Positions 39,896-49,771 of a stretch of DNA of 64,000 bases are shown in pieces. A program made the translations under genes and the position numbers. Origin of the DNA: Agathobacter sp. (lineage in GTDB: Bacteria; Bacillota; Clostridia; Lachnospirales; Lachnospiraceae); assembly GCA_045124075.1 (NCBI GenBank), contig JBGVLD010000018.1, forward strand, positions 6,807 to 70,806. Reading direction: 5' to 3'. Numbering within the stretch: the stretch's first letter is position 1; each line of letters begins with the position of its first letter. The notes beneath the pieces were generated by a model that saw only the letters and a program-made list of their open reading frames with translations, searched no databases and had not been told where the DNA came from.

Positions 39896-40144
39896 ATGAA
39901 CACAAGAGTAGCTTTAATTGGAATTATCGTGGAAGATCCAGACTCGGTAGAAGAACTGAATCATCTGCTCCATGAATATGGACCATACATTATTGGCAGA
40001 ATGGGACTGCCATATGAGAAACGGAATGTAAATATTATCAGCGTTGCCATTGACGCGCCGCAGGATGCGATTAATACTCTGGCAGGAAAGATTGGAAAGC
40101 TGGAAGGAATCAGCGCAAAGACCATTTATTCAGATGTAAAATAG
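39896..40144 (+). CDS. TM1266-family iron-only hydrogenase system putative regulator
   Basis: TRVALIGIIVE...LLHEY...IIGRMGLPY...IISVAIDA...LAGKIGKLEG; directly upstream of hydE. Confidence 0.85.
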   Translation: MNTRVALIGIIVEDPDSVEELNHLLHEYGPYIIGRMGLPYEKRNVNIISVAIDAPQDAINTLAGKIGKLEGISAKTIYSDVK

Positions 40145-40168
40145 GAAATAAAATTGGCAGGAAAGACG

Positions 40169-41203
40169 ATGACAGAACTTATTCAGGAAATCAAAGAAAA
40201 ACAGAATATTACCTTAGATCAGTTGAAACAGATTCTTTCAGAAACCAATCAGGAGAAGATACAGCAGCTGTATGATGCCGCTGCCCAAACAGCAGAAGAA
40301 ATTTATGGAAAAAATATTTTTATCCGGGGGCTTATTGAATTTACGAATTATTGTAAAAATGACTGTTTTTACTGTGGAATTCGAAGAAGCAACAAAAACG
40401 CAGACCGATATCGGTTAAGCAAAGAAGAAATTCTTTCCTGCTGTGAAAATGGGTATGAACTGGGATTTCGGACTTTTGTGCTACAAGGCGGGGAAGACCC
40501 ATATTTTACGGATGATGTGATCTGTGATATTGTTTCGGAAATAAGGCGGAACTATCCAGATTGCGCCATTACCCTGTCTATTGGAGAAAAAGAAAAGGAA
40601 AGCTACAGGCGGTATTTCGAAGCGGGAGCCAACCGATATCTCTTGCGCCATGAAACCGCAAATGATTGCCATTACAGAATGCTGCATCCCAAGGAACTTT
40701 CTTTAGAACACCGGAAACAATGTCTTAGAGATTTAAAAGAAATTGGCTATCAGGTGGGTTGTGGATTTATGGTAGGATCTCCGGGACAGACACCTGAAAC
40801 CCTATACCAGGATCTGCAGTTTATCAAAGAATTGCAGCCTCAGATGGTGGGAATCGGGCCTTTTATCCCACAGAAAGATACGCCTTTTGCACAGAAAACA
40901 GCAGGAACCTTGGAAATGACCTTGAAACTTCTCTCCATTATCAGATTGATTCATCCCCATGTTCTATTGCCTTCTACCACGGCGCTTGGAACGATTCATC
41001 CTCTGGGGCGAGAGAAGGGAATTCAGGCAGGAGCCAATGTAGTAATGCCGAATCTTTCCCCTGTGGCAGTTCGGGAGAAATACAAATTATACGACAATAA
41101 AATCTGCACGGGAGACGAAGCTGCCGAGTGCCGATACTGTATGCAGAGGCGCATGGAAAGTATCGGATATCAGGTGGTAGTTGACCGGGGAGATTACAGA
41201 TAA
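40169..41203 (+). CDS. hydE: [FeFe]-hydrogenase maturation radical SAM protein HydE
   Basis: RGLIEFTNYCKNDCFYCGIR, RYLLRHET, GANVVMPNLSP, YKLYDNKIC. Confidence 0.92.
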   Translation: MTELIQEIKEKQNITLDQLKQILSETNQEKIQQLYDAAAQTAEEIYGKNIFIRGLIEFTNYCKNDCFYCGIRRSNKNADRYRLSKEEILSCCENGYELGFRTFVLQGGEDPYFTDDVICDIVSEIRRNYPDCAITLSIGEKEKESYRRYFEAGANRYLLRHETANDCHYRMLHPKELSLEHRKQCLRDLKEIGYQVGCGFMVGSPGQTPETLYQDLQFIKELQPQMVGIGPFIPQKDTPFAQKTAGTLEMTLKLLSIIRLIHPHVLLPSTTALGTIHPLGREKGIQAGANVVMPNLSPVAVREKYKLYDNKICTGDEAAECRYCMQRRMESIGYQVVVDRGDYR

Positions 41204-41232
41204 CAATTATTCATTTTCAAAAATCAATATAT

Positions 41233-41775
41233 TAGGTGATTGCGAAATTTCTTTCGCCAGAGTTTCATAATACATTAGCATTTGTGCATTCCAAGAATTT
41301 CTTTTCAAAGCATTATGACGAAATGCCAGAAATTCCAAGACTTCCTGCCGTTGGCTGTTTTTTGTCTTACCACTCCTTCGACTATCAGCGGCTTAGTGTC
41401 CGCGGGAAAGCTCACCTTAAGAACTTTCTAGTTCCTCTAAGCGTGCGTTCTCACAAAGTCTCTATGAGAATGGTGCGGGCAAAACTCGCTTTATGTTCAT
41501 TGGAAGCAAGAAGTTTATGTGCTCAAACAGTTGCCCTGCACCATTCAGTTTTGTTCGCCCGCACGCGTAAGAGGAACACGAAATTCCTTAAATGGTGATT
41601 GCTTTCTACGCGAACACTAAGCCGCTGATTGTTCGAAGCTTGGGAAGACTAAAATAATCTCATACAGCGGCAGGAAGTCTTATGGAATTTCAGCATTTTG
41701 GCATAGCGAGAAAAGAAATAATTGGAACGCACAAATGAAGTATGATAAGGGGCGAAAAAATTTCGCAATCACCTA
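41233..41775. mobile_element. 543-bp non-autonomous foldback element (MITE-like) with a 12-bp target-site duplication
   Basis: Terminal inverted repeat TAGGTGATTGCGAAATTT; direct repeat AAATCAATATAT at 41221-41232 and 41776-41787; arms complementary along their whole length. Confidence 0.85.
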
Positions 41776-41804
41776 AAATCAATATATATATATAGGAGGA
41801 AATT

Positions 41805-43223
41805 ATGTATAACGCAAAATCATTAAAAGCAGAGGAATTTATTTCTGACGAGGAGATTATGGAGACTCTTGCCTATGCAGATGCCAACAAAGACAACGTG
41901 GAATTAATTGATGAAATCATTGCAAAAGCAAAGTTACAGAAAGGATTAAATCACAGAGAAGCATCTGTGTTGCTGGCTTGTGAGATTCCAGAAAAGATTC
42001 AGGAAGTATATGACCTGGCTAAGAAAATAAAAGAAGATTATTATGGTAACCGTATTGTATTATTCGCACCACTTTATCTTTCCAATTACTGTGTAAACGG
42101 ATGTGTTTATTGCCCTTATCATCTGAAAAATAAACACATTGCAAGAAAGAAACTGACACAGGAAGAAATTGTAAAAGAAGTTACTGCATTACAGGATATG
42201 GGGCATAAGCGTCTGGCTATTGAGTTGGGAGAAGATCCGGTAAATAATCCGATTGATTACGTTTTAGAAAGTATCAAGACGATTTATGGAATCAAACATA
42301 AAAACGGAGCAATCCGTCGTATCAATGTAAATATTGCAGCAACTACCGTAGAGAACTACAGAAAATTAAAAGAAGCAGAAATTGGAACCTATATCCTTTT
42401 TCAGGAGACCTATAACAAAAAGAGTTACGAAGAACTTCATCCAACGGGACCAAAGCATGATTATGCATATCATACAGAAGCTATGGACCGTGCCATGGAA
42501 GGTGGAATTGATGATGTAGGTCTTGGGGTATTATTTGGATTGGAAATGTATCGTTATGAATTTGCAGGACTCTTAATGCATGCAGAACATCTTGAGGCAG
42601 TACATGGAGTTGGACCTCATACTATCAGCGTACCAAGAATCAAGAGAGCAGATGATATCGATCCGGATCAGTTTGACAACGGAATCAGTGATGATATTTT
42701 TGCAAAAATCTGTGCACTCATTCGAGTAGCTGTTCCATATACAGGAATGATTATTTCTACTAGAGAATCTCAGGCTGTCAGAGAAAAAGTATTGCCGCTT
42801 GGAGTTTCTCAGATCAGCGGTGGTTCAAGAACCAGTGTAGGTGGATATGCAGAGCCGGAACCAGAAGAAGATAATTCTGCACAGTTTGATGTCAGTGACC
42901 AGCGTTCTTTAGATGAAGTGGTAGACTGGCTCATTGACTTAGGATATATTCCATCTTTCTGTACGGCCTGCTACAGAGAAGGAAGAACCGGAGATCGTTT
43001 CATGGCATTATGTAAGAACATGCAGATTTTAAACTGCTGTCATCCAAATGCGTTAATGACTTTAAAAGAATATCTGGAAGACTATGCAGGAGAAGAAACC
43101 AGAACGAAAGGTCTGGCACTTATTGATAAGGAACTGGAAAAAATCACTAATCCGAAAGTAAAACAGACTGCTTATGAACATATCCATGATATCGGAGAGG
43201 GAAAGAGAGATTTTCGTTTCTAA
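41805..43223 (+). CDS. hydG: [FeFe]-hydrogenase maturation radical SAM protein HydG
   Basis: APLYLSNYCVNGCVYC, LFQETY, GPHTISVPR, C-terminal SFCTACYR...CHPNA. Confidence 0.95.
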   Translation: MYNAKSLKAEEFISDEEIMETLAYADANKDNVELIDEIIAKAKLQKGLNHREASVLLACEIPEKIQEVYDLAKKIKEDYYGNRIVLFAPLYLSNYCVNGCVYCPYHLKNKHIARKKLTQEEIVKEVTALQDMGHKRLAIELGEDPVNNPIDYVLESIKTIYGIKHKNGAIRRINVNIAATTVENYRKLKEAEIGTYILFQETYNKKSYEELHPTGPKHDYAYHTEAMDRAMEGGIDDVGLGVLFGLEMYRYEFAGLLMHAEHLEAVHGVGPHTISVPRIKRADDIDPDQFDNGISDDIFAKICALIRVAVPYTGMIISTRESQAVREKVLPLGVSQISGGSRTSVGGYAEPEPEEDNSAQFDVSDQRSLDEVVDWLIDLGYIPSFCTACYREGRTGDRFMALCKNMQILNCCHPNALMTLKEYLEDYAGEETRTKGLALIDKELEKITNPKVKQTAYEHIHDIGEGKRDFRF

Positions 43224-43291
43224 TTTCTTTCGAAAATTGTTGGAAATTTTAAGTCAGACGAAGACATTTTCGTAGACAGGGAGGACATCAT

Positions 43292-44530
43292 ATGGCAAAC
43301 ATGAATGAAACACCATCTGCAAACAGACTGCATATTGGAGTCTTTGGAAAGACTAACAGTGGGAAATCATCTTTTATCAATGCTTTTACCGGACAACAGG
43401 TATCTATTGTGGCAGAGGTAGCAGGAACTACCACAGATCCGGTCTATAAGCCAATGGAAATTCATCCTTTGGGACCTTGCGTCATCATTGATACGGCAGG
43501 ATTTGATGATGTAACAGAACTGGGAGAACTTCGTATGGAAAAGACCCGGTTGGTGGCGGAAAAAACAGACATTGCCATATTGCTCATCTCTGTCCCAGTG
43601 GAGGAAATGAACGAAGAAGAATGGCTTTCCTCTCTGGAAAAAGAGAAAAAATGGTGTGAGTACTTTAAAGAGAAGAAAAAACCTGTACTGGTAATTTTAA
43701 GTAAGACAGATATGCTAGGCGAAAGCCAGGAAGCAGTGTATAAGGACGTTTTAAGGAAGCAGTGGAAAAATCCAGTGATTCTCTATAGTGCAGTGACTGG
43801 AAAAGGTTCAGAGGCGGTAAAAGAAGAACTTGCCCGGCTCATACCAGAAAACTATGGAAATGACTATATTACTGGAAATCTTGTGTCAGAAGAAGACTTG
43901 GTGCTCCTTGTTATGCCTCAGGATATTCAGGCTCCAAAGGGCAGATTGATCCTTCCTCAGGTGCAAACCATCCGAGAACTGCTGGATAAAAAATGCCTTG
44001 TGGCAAGTGTGACCACAGATAAGTTCATACCTATGCTTTCTATATTAAAACAAACGCCTAAGCTGATTATTACGGATTCCCAGGTATTTGGCTATGTATA
44101 TGAACACAAACCAAAGGAAAGTATGCTGACTTCTTTTTCTGTACTTTTTGCGGCTTATAAAGGAGATCTGCCATATTATATTGAAGGAGCGAAAACAATT
44201 GATTCTTTAACCGGAGAATCAAAAGTGCTGATTGCAGAATGTTGTACTCATGCACCATTGACAGAGGATATTGGAAGAGAAAAGATTCCTGCTATGTTGA
44301 AAAAACGATTCGGAAATACACTACAGGTGGAGCATGTCAGCGGAACAGATTTTCCACAGGATCTCACAGAGTATGACCTGGTGATCCAGTGCGGCGCCTG
44401 CATGTTCAACAGAACTTACGTGTTGTCTCGGATTGAACGGGCAAAGGAACAGCATGTACCAATGACTAATTATGGGGTAGTAATTGCCCATCTTACAGGC
44501 ATTTTGGATAAAATAACCATCACAAATTAA
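43292..44530 (+). CDS. hydF: [FeFe]-hydrogenase maturation GTPase HydF
   Basis: GKTNSGKSS P-loop, DTAG, PKGRLILPQVQ, ECCTH and QCGACM. Confidence 0.95.
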   Translation: MANMNETPSANRLHIGVFGKTNSGKSSFINAFTGQQVSIVAEVAGTTTDPVYKPMEIHPLGPCVIIDTAGFDDVTELGELRMEKTRLVAEKTDIAILLISVPVEEMNEEEWLSSLEKEKKWCEYFKEKKKPVLVILSKTDMLGESQEAVYKDVLRKQWKNPVILYSAVTGKGSEAVKEELARLIPENYGNDYITGNLVSEEDLVLLVMPQDIQAPKGRLILPQVQTIRELLDKKCLVASVTTDKFIPMLSILKQTPKLIITDSQVFGYVYEHKPKESMLTSFSVLFAAYKGDLPYYIEGAKTIDSLTGESKVLIAECCTHAPLTEDIGREKIPAMLKKRFGNTLQVEHVSGTDFPQDLTEYDLVIQCGACMFNRTYVLSRIERAKEQHVPMTNYGVVIAHLTGILDKITITN

Positions 44531-44623
44531 GAATATTTTTATTTGACTTTCCACCGTAGCATGATAAAGTATAAGTAACGCACGAAGAAGAATAAAGTGT
44601 TATATATACTAAGGGAGAAAATC

Positions 44624-45913
44624 ATGAAAAAAAGCTACAGAAAAGAAGTTATTATTGCAAGAATTATTTTTGCGGCAATTATACTTGTTTTAATCGGACT
44701 TATTGTGTTTGCTGCGTCTTTGGTTTCAAAGAAGATTGGTGGAAAGGAAGAGAAAGATTCTCAGACTCAGATTGAGTCTCAGGTAAGTCAGGAATCTCAG
44801 GACAGCCAAAAGGAAGAATCTGAAATACAGGACAGCCTGCTGACGGATACCCAGGAAACAGAAGTGACAGAGACAACGGAATCAACTGAGCCAGAATCAA
44901 CGGAATCCTCTGAGACTGAGCTACAGAATTCTCAGGAACCGGAAAGCCAGAACTCTGAGTCAGAGCAGTCAGAAAGTAACTCATATGTGTGGGTGACTAT
45001 TGTAAATGTTAATTTCCGTACTGCACCGAATACCACCAGTGAAGTTATTATTGGACTGAATCAGGGAACGGTGGTTGAGATGGTATCGGTAGAAAATGGC
45101 TGGGCAAAAGTAAAGTATGATGGACATACCGGTTATATCCGTTCTGACCTTTTAAAAAAAAAGCCAGTAACTGAGACCACTGGTGAAACTGCTACTGGGG
45201 CAGAGAGTACCAGTCAGAATGGTGCCGGTGAGAATACATCCATAGTTGGAGCAAATAATTCTTCCAGCCAGAGTGGAACCACAGCAGGAAAAGTAGTTGT
45301 TATTGATCCAGGGCATCAGAGAAAGGGAGACAGTAGCAAGGAACCAAACGGACCTGGTTCCTCCACAATGAAAGCACGAGTGACCGGTGGAACTACAGGA
45401 TGGACGACAGGCGTTCCAGAATATGAACTGGCTTTAGAGATCGGCCTTATGTTAGAAACAGAATTAAAGAGTCGTGGTTATACGGTTTATATGACCCGTA
45501 CTACCCATGATGTGAACATTAGTAACAAAGAAAGAGCGCAGTATGCATCTTCTGTCAATGCAGATATCGCAGTTCGCCTCCATGGAAATGGAATTGAGAA
45601 TACTTCTGTTAATGGTGCACTGACATTGTCGCCTTCATCATCTAATTCTTATGTGGCGAATCTGGCAGATTCCAGCATGAAATTGAGCAAATGTGTACTA
45701 AGCGCATACTGTAATGCAACAGGAATGAAAAATAGAGGATGTCAGACATCCGATACCATGACAGGAATTAACTGGAGTACTGTTCCGGTCACGATTCTGG
45801 AAATGGGATATATGACCAATAAATCAGATGATATCAATATGCAGAATGATGCGTACCAGAAGAAAATGGTACAGGGCATTGCAGATGGAATTGATGATTA
45901 TTTTGGAAGATAA
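44624..45913 (+). CDS. Membrane-anchored SH3b + N-acetylmuramoyl-L-alanine amidase (Amidase_3)
   Basis: TM helix, Ser/Glu/Thr-rich linker, VNFRTAP...GWAKV...GYI (SH3), IDPGH, E(Y)ELAL, RLHGN and ILEMGYMTN motifs. Confidence 0.88.
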   Translation: MKKSYRKEVIIARIIFAAIILVLIGLIVFAASLVSKKIGGKEEKDSQTQIESQVSQESQDSQKEESEIQDSLLTDTQETEVTETTESTEPESTESSETELQNSQEPESQNSESEQSESNSYVWVTIVNVNFRTAPNTTSEVIIGLNQGTVVEMVSVENGWAKVKYDGHTGYIRSDLLKKKPVTETTGETATGAESTSQNGAGENTSIVGANNSSSQSGTTAGKVVVIDPGHQRKGDSSKEPNGPGSSTMKARVTGGTTGWTTGVPEYELALEIGLMLETELKSRGYTVYMTRTTHDVNISNKERAQYASSVNADIAVRLHGNGIENTSVNGALTLSPSSSNSYVANLADSSMKLSKCVLSAYCNATGMKNRGCQTSDTMTGINWSTVPVTILEMGYMTNKSDDINMQNDAYQKKMVQGIADGIDDYFGR

Positions 45914-45984
45914 ATACATAAAGGCTGTGAACTGCTTACAGAGCACAGCCTTTTTCTGAATCAAAGGATTAATAGAGGAATAAC

Positions 45985-46875
45985 ATGATTTGGTATGTTT
46001 ATGCATGGATCGCAGCGATTTTAGGAGGATGTGTTGCAGGTCTGTTAAAATTGGGAAACCGCAAAAGTGGATATAAATTAGCAGCAGGAATCTGGTCACT
46101 GGCAATTATGTTCTTGGCGTGTGGTCTGGTTCGTTATCTGGGAGTAGGCAGTGGAATCAGCAGTATTGGAAGTCGAAGCTGGATATTTCTTATTTTCTCA
46201 GGAGCTGCTTTGGGTGGTTCCTGGATTTGTTTGTGTCATGCTTTGGAATGTGGAGAAGCATTAAAAATCACTCCAATAGGTAGAATTACATTAGTGACAA
46301 TCATTCTTCTTTCCAGATGGTTGTTTGGAGATGGAATCCGAATCGACCAGTACGTAGCTATTATTTTTGTAATCATTGGTGCAGTCCTTATGATTACAAA
46401 AAGTAACGGCAGAGATGGCGGTTATGTCTGGCTGTGGCAGGGACTTTTGGCAGGAGGATTTTACTGCCTGGCAAGAATCCTAACACGATATGGAGTTTCA
46501 GGAGTCAATACGTATTTGTCCTGGGGAATTCAGATCGTAATTGCAACCATTGTGATCTGGATTATTGTGCTTGTAACAGGCGGGCATCATAATTTTAAAG
46601 CAGTGAGTTTCCTGGAAGGAATCTTTTTATGTCTGTCAGCATTGGCAGCGGCAGGAGCATTCTGGTTTTATTATCACTGTAAGATAACAGGAAGTAATTA
46701 TATATTGGCTTTAATTTTGCAGTTGTCAATTGTATTCAGTTCCATTTTTTCCTGCTTATTCTTACGAGAGAAAATGACAACAAAAGCATTGATTGGATTG
46801 GTTCTTCTAGTCATTGGTCTTTTACTGCTTCAAATGGAAACATCAATTTTTACATTACTATTTACAAAAATTTAG
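45985..46875 (+). CDS. EamA/DMT-family transporter
   Basis: Two ~140-aa hydrophobic repeats, about 10 TM helices, LFLREK motif. Confidence 0.75.
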   Translation: MIWYVYAWIAAILGGCVAGLLKLGNRKSGYKLAAGIWSLAIMFLACGLVRYLGVGSGISSIGSRSWIFLIFSGAALGGSWICLCHALECGEALKITPIGRITLVTIILLSRWLFGDGIRIDQYVAIIFVIIGAVLMITKSNGRDGGYVWLWQGLLAGGFYCLARILTRYGVSGVNTYLSWGIQIVIATIVIWIIVLVTGGHHNFKAVSFLEGIFLCLSALAAAGAFWFYYHCKITGSNYILALILQLSIVFSSIFSCLFLREKMTTKALIGLVLLVIGLLLLQMETSIFTLLFTKI

Positions 46876-46884
46876 GAGGGTTTT

Positions 46885-49143
46885 ATGGAATTTGGGAAAC
46901 TATTGTCGTGGGAAAAAAATATAAATCAGGTAATTCTTTCCTATGAGAAACAGCAGGCAATCTTGTCTGTAATTAAAGAAGATATTATTAATGTATTTGT
47001 TCCATGTTGGAAAAAGAATCATTACTCCAAGGCAATTGAGGGCGATAAAACTCAGCCTGTAGAATGGAATGTAGCAGAGGATGATGGAAAAATTATTCTT
47101 ACTACTTCAAAGTTAAAAGCAGTTGTGGGAGAAAATTTCTCTGTTGATTTTTACAAAGCAGATGGAACACCTCTTATGCAGGAGTACCATGGAGAGCGTA
47201 AAAAGGGCATGGAATTAAGTCAGAAATCTATCCGCCTTTTAGAGTCAGAAGGTCATGATATTTCTAAATTGACTGGAGAAATCTATCCCCTCATGACCAT
47301 GATGAAGCTGGACAAAGAGGATAAATTCTATGGACTGGGAGACAAGAGTGGTTTCTTAAATAAGAGAAGCTATGAATACATTAACTGGAATTCTGATATT
47401 CCACAGGCTCATAATGAAGATTATCGATCATTATACAAATCTGTTCCATTTTTAATCTGTTTAAAGGAGCAGGGCGTATATGGTGTGTTTTTTGACAATA
47501 CCTTCAGAAGTTGCTTTAACTTGGGAAAAGAGTCTCAGGACTACTTCTTCTATGGGGCTGATGACGGAAATTTAGATTACTATTTCATGGGTGGCAACAG
47601 CATGGCTGAGGTCATTGGAAATTATACCTATCTTACTGGGCGGACACCTTTGCCACAGCTTTGGACCTTAGGATATCAGCAGTCCAGATGGGGCTATGAA
47701 TGTGCAGAAGATATCGAAGAAGTAACAGGAAAATACAGAGAATTGCAGATTCCTTGCGATGTTATTCATTTTGATATTGATTACATGGAAGATTTCAAGG
47801 TGTTTACCTGGGATGAAAAAGAATATAAAGAAAAGGGTCAACTGATCGGAGAACTAAAAGAGAAGGGATTTAAACCAATAACCATTATTGATCCGGGAAC
47901 AAAAGCAGAATCCGGATATTTCATGGATGAGGAAGGCTTGGCAAATGACTATTTTGCAAAAGACACTGAAGGTAATGTTTATGTAAATGAGGTGTGGCCA
48001 GGAGAATCCCATTATCCGGATTTTGGTCGGAAGGAAGTTAGAAAATGGTGGGGGGATCATCATAAATTCCTGACTGATATGGGAGTATGTGGTGTATGGA
48101 ATGATATGAATGAGCCGGCAAGTTTCAAAGGTGAACTTCCATTAGACGTGGTGTTCCATGATGAAGAACGTACCACGAACCACGCAGAAATGCATAATGT
48201 GTATGGTCATTATATGTGTAAGTCCACTTTTGAAGGATTACAGAATCTGACAGGGAAAAGACCATTTGTAATTACAAGAGCCTGTTACGCTGGAACCCAG
48301 AAATATTCTACGGTATGGACAGGAGACAACCAGAGCTTATGGTCTCATTTGCAGATGCTGGTGCCACAGCTTTGTAACCTGGGAATGAGCGGATTTTCTT
48401 TTGCTGGAACCGATATTGGAGGATTTGGTGCAGAAGCGACACCGGAACTGTTATCCCGTTGGATAGAAGCTGCCGTATTTTCTCCATTGTTCCGTAATCA
48501 TTCTGCAAAAGGAGGTAGACGACAGGAACCTTGGCAGTTTGGAGAAGAAGTTATAAATATTAACCGAAAGTATATCGAACTGCGTTATCAGTTCCTGCCA
48601 TATCTGTATGATCTCTTTTATCAGGGAGAGAAGACGGGACTTCCAGTTATGCGTCCATTAGTGCTTCACTATGCGAACGATAAGAATACCCACAATATGA
48701 ACGGAGAGTTCCTGGTAGGAGAAAATATTTTAGTGGCACCAGTATTAGAACAGGGAGCGGATAAAAAGATGGTCTATCTGCCGGAAGGAACCTGGTATGA
48801 TTATTGGACAGGAGAAGCAGTGGAAGGCAGTCAGTATATTCTTCGGGATGCCCCAATTGATGTCTGCCCGATTTATATAAAGGCTGGAAGTATCATTCCA
48901 ATGTATGACTGCGTTCAGTACGTTGGAGAGCAACCATACAATACATTATATCTTCTGACCACTCCGGGAGCAGGAACATACCAGCATTTCCGGGATAATG
49001 GTACGGATTATGAGTATCAGAATGGAAAATACATTTTATATCATTTCTCAAAAGATGAGCAGGGTAATCTGGTAACAGAGGTTGTTCATGATGGTTATGA
49101 GGCCTATAAACAGATTGTAGTTCGTCCACTAGGAAACAAATAA
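46885..49143 (+). CDS. GH31 alpha-glucosidase
   Basis: LGYQQSRW, DIDYM, WNDMNEP (nucleophile), WTGDN (acid/base) and FRNHS motifs. Confidence 0.93.
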   Translation: MEFGKLLSWEKNINQVILSYEKQQAILSVIKEDIINVFVPCWKKNHYSKAIEGDKTQPVEWNVAEDDGKIILTTSKLKAVVGENFSVDFYKADGTPLMQEYHGERKKGMELSQKSIRLLESEGHDISKLTGEIYPLMTMMKLDKEDKFYGLGDKSGFLNKRSYEYINWNSDIPQAHNEDYRSLYKSVPFLICLKEQGVYGVFFDNTFRSCFNLGKESQDYFFYGADDGNLDYYFMGGNSMAEVIGNYTYLTGRTPLPQLWTLGYQQSRWGYECAEDIEEVTGKYRELQIPCDVIHFDIDYMEDFKVFTWDEKEYKEKGQLIGELKEKGFKPITIIDPGTKAESGYFMDEEGLANDYFAKDTEGNVYVNEVWPGESHYPDFGRKEVRKWWGDHHKFLTDMGVCGVWNDMNEPASFKGELPLDVVFHDEERTTNHAEMHNVYGHYMCKSTFEGLQNLTGKRPFVITRACYAGTQKYSTVWTGDNQSLWSHLQMLVPQLCNLGMSGFSFAGTDIGGFGAEATPELLSRWIEAAVFSPLFRNHSAKGGRRQEPWQFGEEVININRKYIELRYQFLPYLYDLFYQGEKTGLPVMRPLVLHYANDKNTHNMNGEFLVGENILVAPVLEQGADKKMVYLPEGTWYDYWTGEAVEGSQYILRDAPIDVCPIYIKAGSIIPMYDCVQYVGEQPYNTLYLLTTPGAGTYQHFRDNGTDYEYQNGKYILYHFSKDEQGNLVTEVVHDGYEAYKQIVVRPLGNK

Positions 49144-49195
49144 TAAAGTCTGCATATCATACAGTAATGAACAAGAGGGGCATTATAATATCGAT

Positions 49196-49687
49196 ATGAT
49201 GGATCAGATGGAAAGTAAGATTCCTTTTTATATGACATATCCCATGCAGAATCTTTACTTAATGGAAATGGAATATGAGAAGGACATGGACAGGATGAAA
49301 CAGCTTTATCCAAAGGAGGTACAGCTGTTTCTTCCAGTTATTGAGAAACATTGTGATGAACTGGAATTTGAGGGCAGTCGAATCTATGATGAAGATCCTG
49401 ATGTATATATGATGAATCAGGAAATGGAACGGGTCTATGAAAAATGTAGAGCTGCTTTTCCAGAATATTTTAAAGAGAGAGAAGCGAACGCACAGAGAAA
49501 TATTACCAGAAACGATTTTTCGTTAGTGCCGCCAGAGGGATTTATTCTACCGAAATCCTCTGACGTATCGATTCAGTCCAGAAGGGGCTGCGACAATGAT
49601 TGGTTGTGTGGGACATTAGGAATTATGTTCCAGAATGAAGTGTATAGGAGACGATGTAGACACAGACGCTGCCATCGCTGGTGGTAA
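49196..49687 (+). CDS. Hypothetical protein (possibly sporulation-related)
   Basis: 163-aa ORF; YP...CDELEFEGSRIYD motif; C-terminal YRRRCRHRR; function not recognised. Confidence 0.6.
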   Translation: MMDQMESKIPFYMTYPMQNLYLMEMEYEKDMDRMKQLYPKEVQLFLPVIEKHCDELEFEGSRIYDEDPDVYMMNQEMERVYEKCRAAFPEYFKEREANAQRNITRNDFSLVPPEGFILPKSSDVSIQSRRGCDNDWLCGTLGIMFQNEVYRRRCRHRRCHRWW

Positions 49688-49771
49688 GTGCAAAGAAGAA
49701 GCAGGAAGTCTTATGGACTTCCTGTTATTATAAGAACGAAACAGTTTGTAAAATTTTTTTGCAAGAGGTAC

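Noticed and set aside
41236-41598. 120-aa ORF inside the foldback element as a transposase or real protein
   Set aside because: It starts within the terminal inverted repeat, has no RBS and shows no DDE, HUH or recombinase motif; it is best explained as a by-product of the palindrome.
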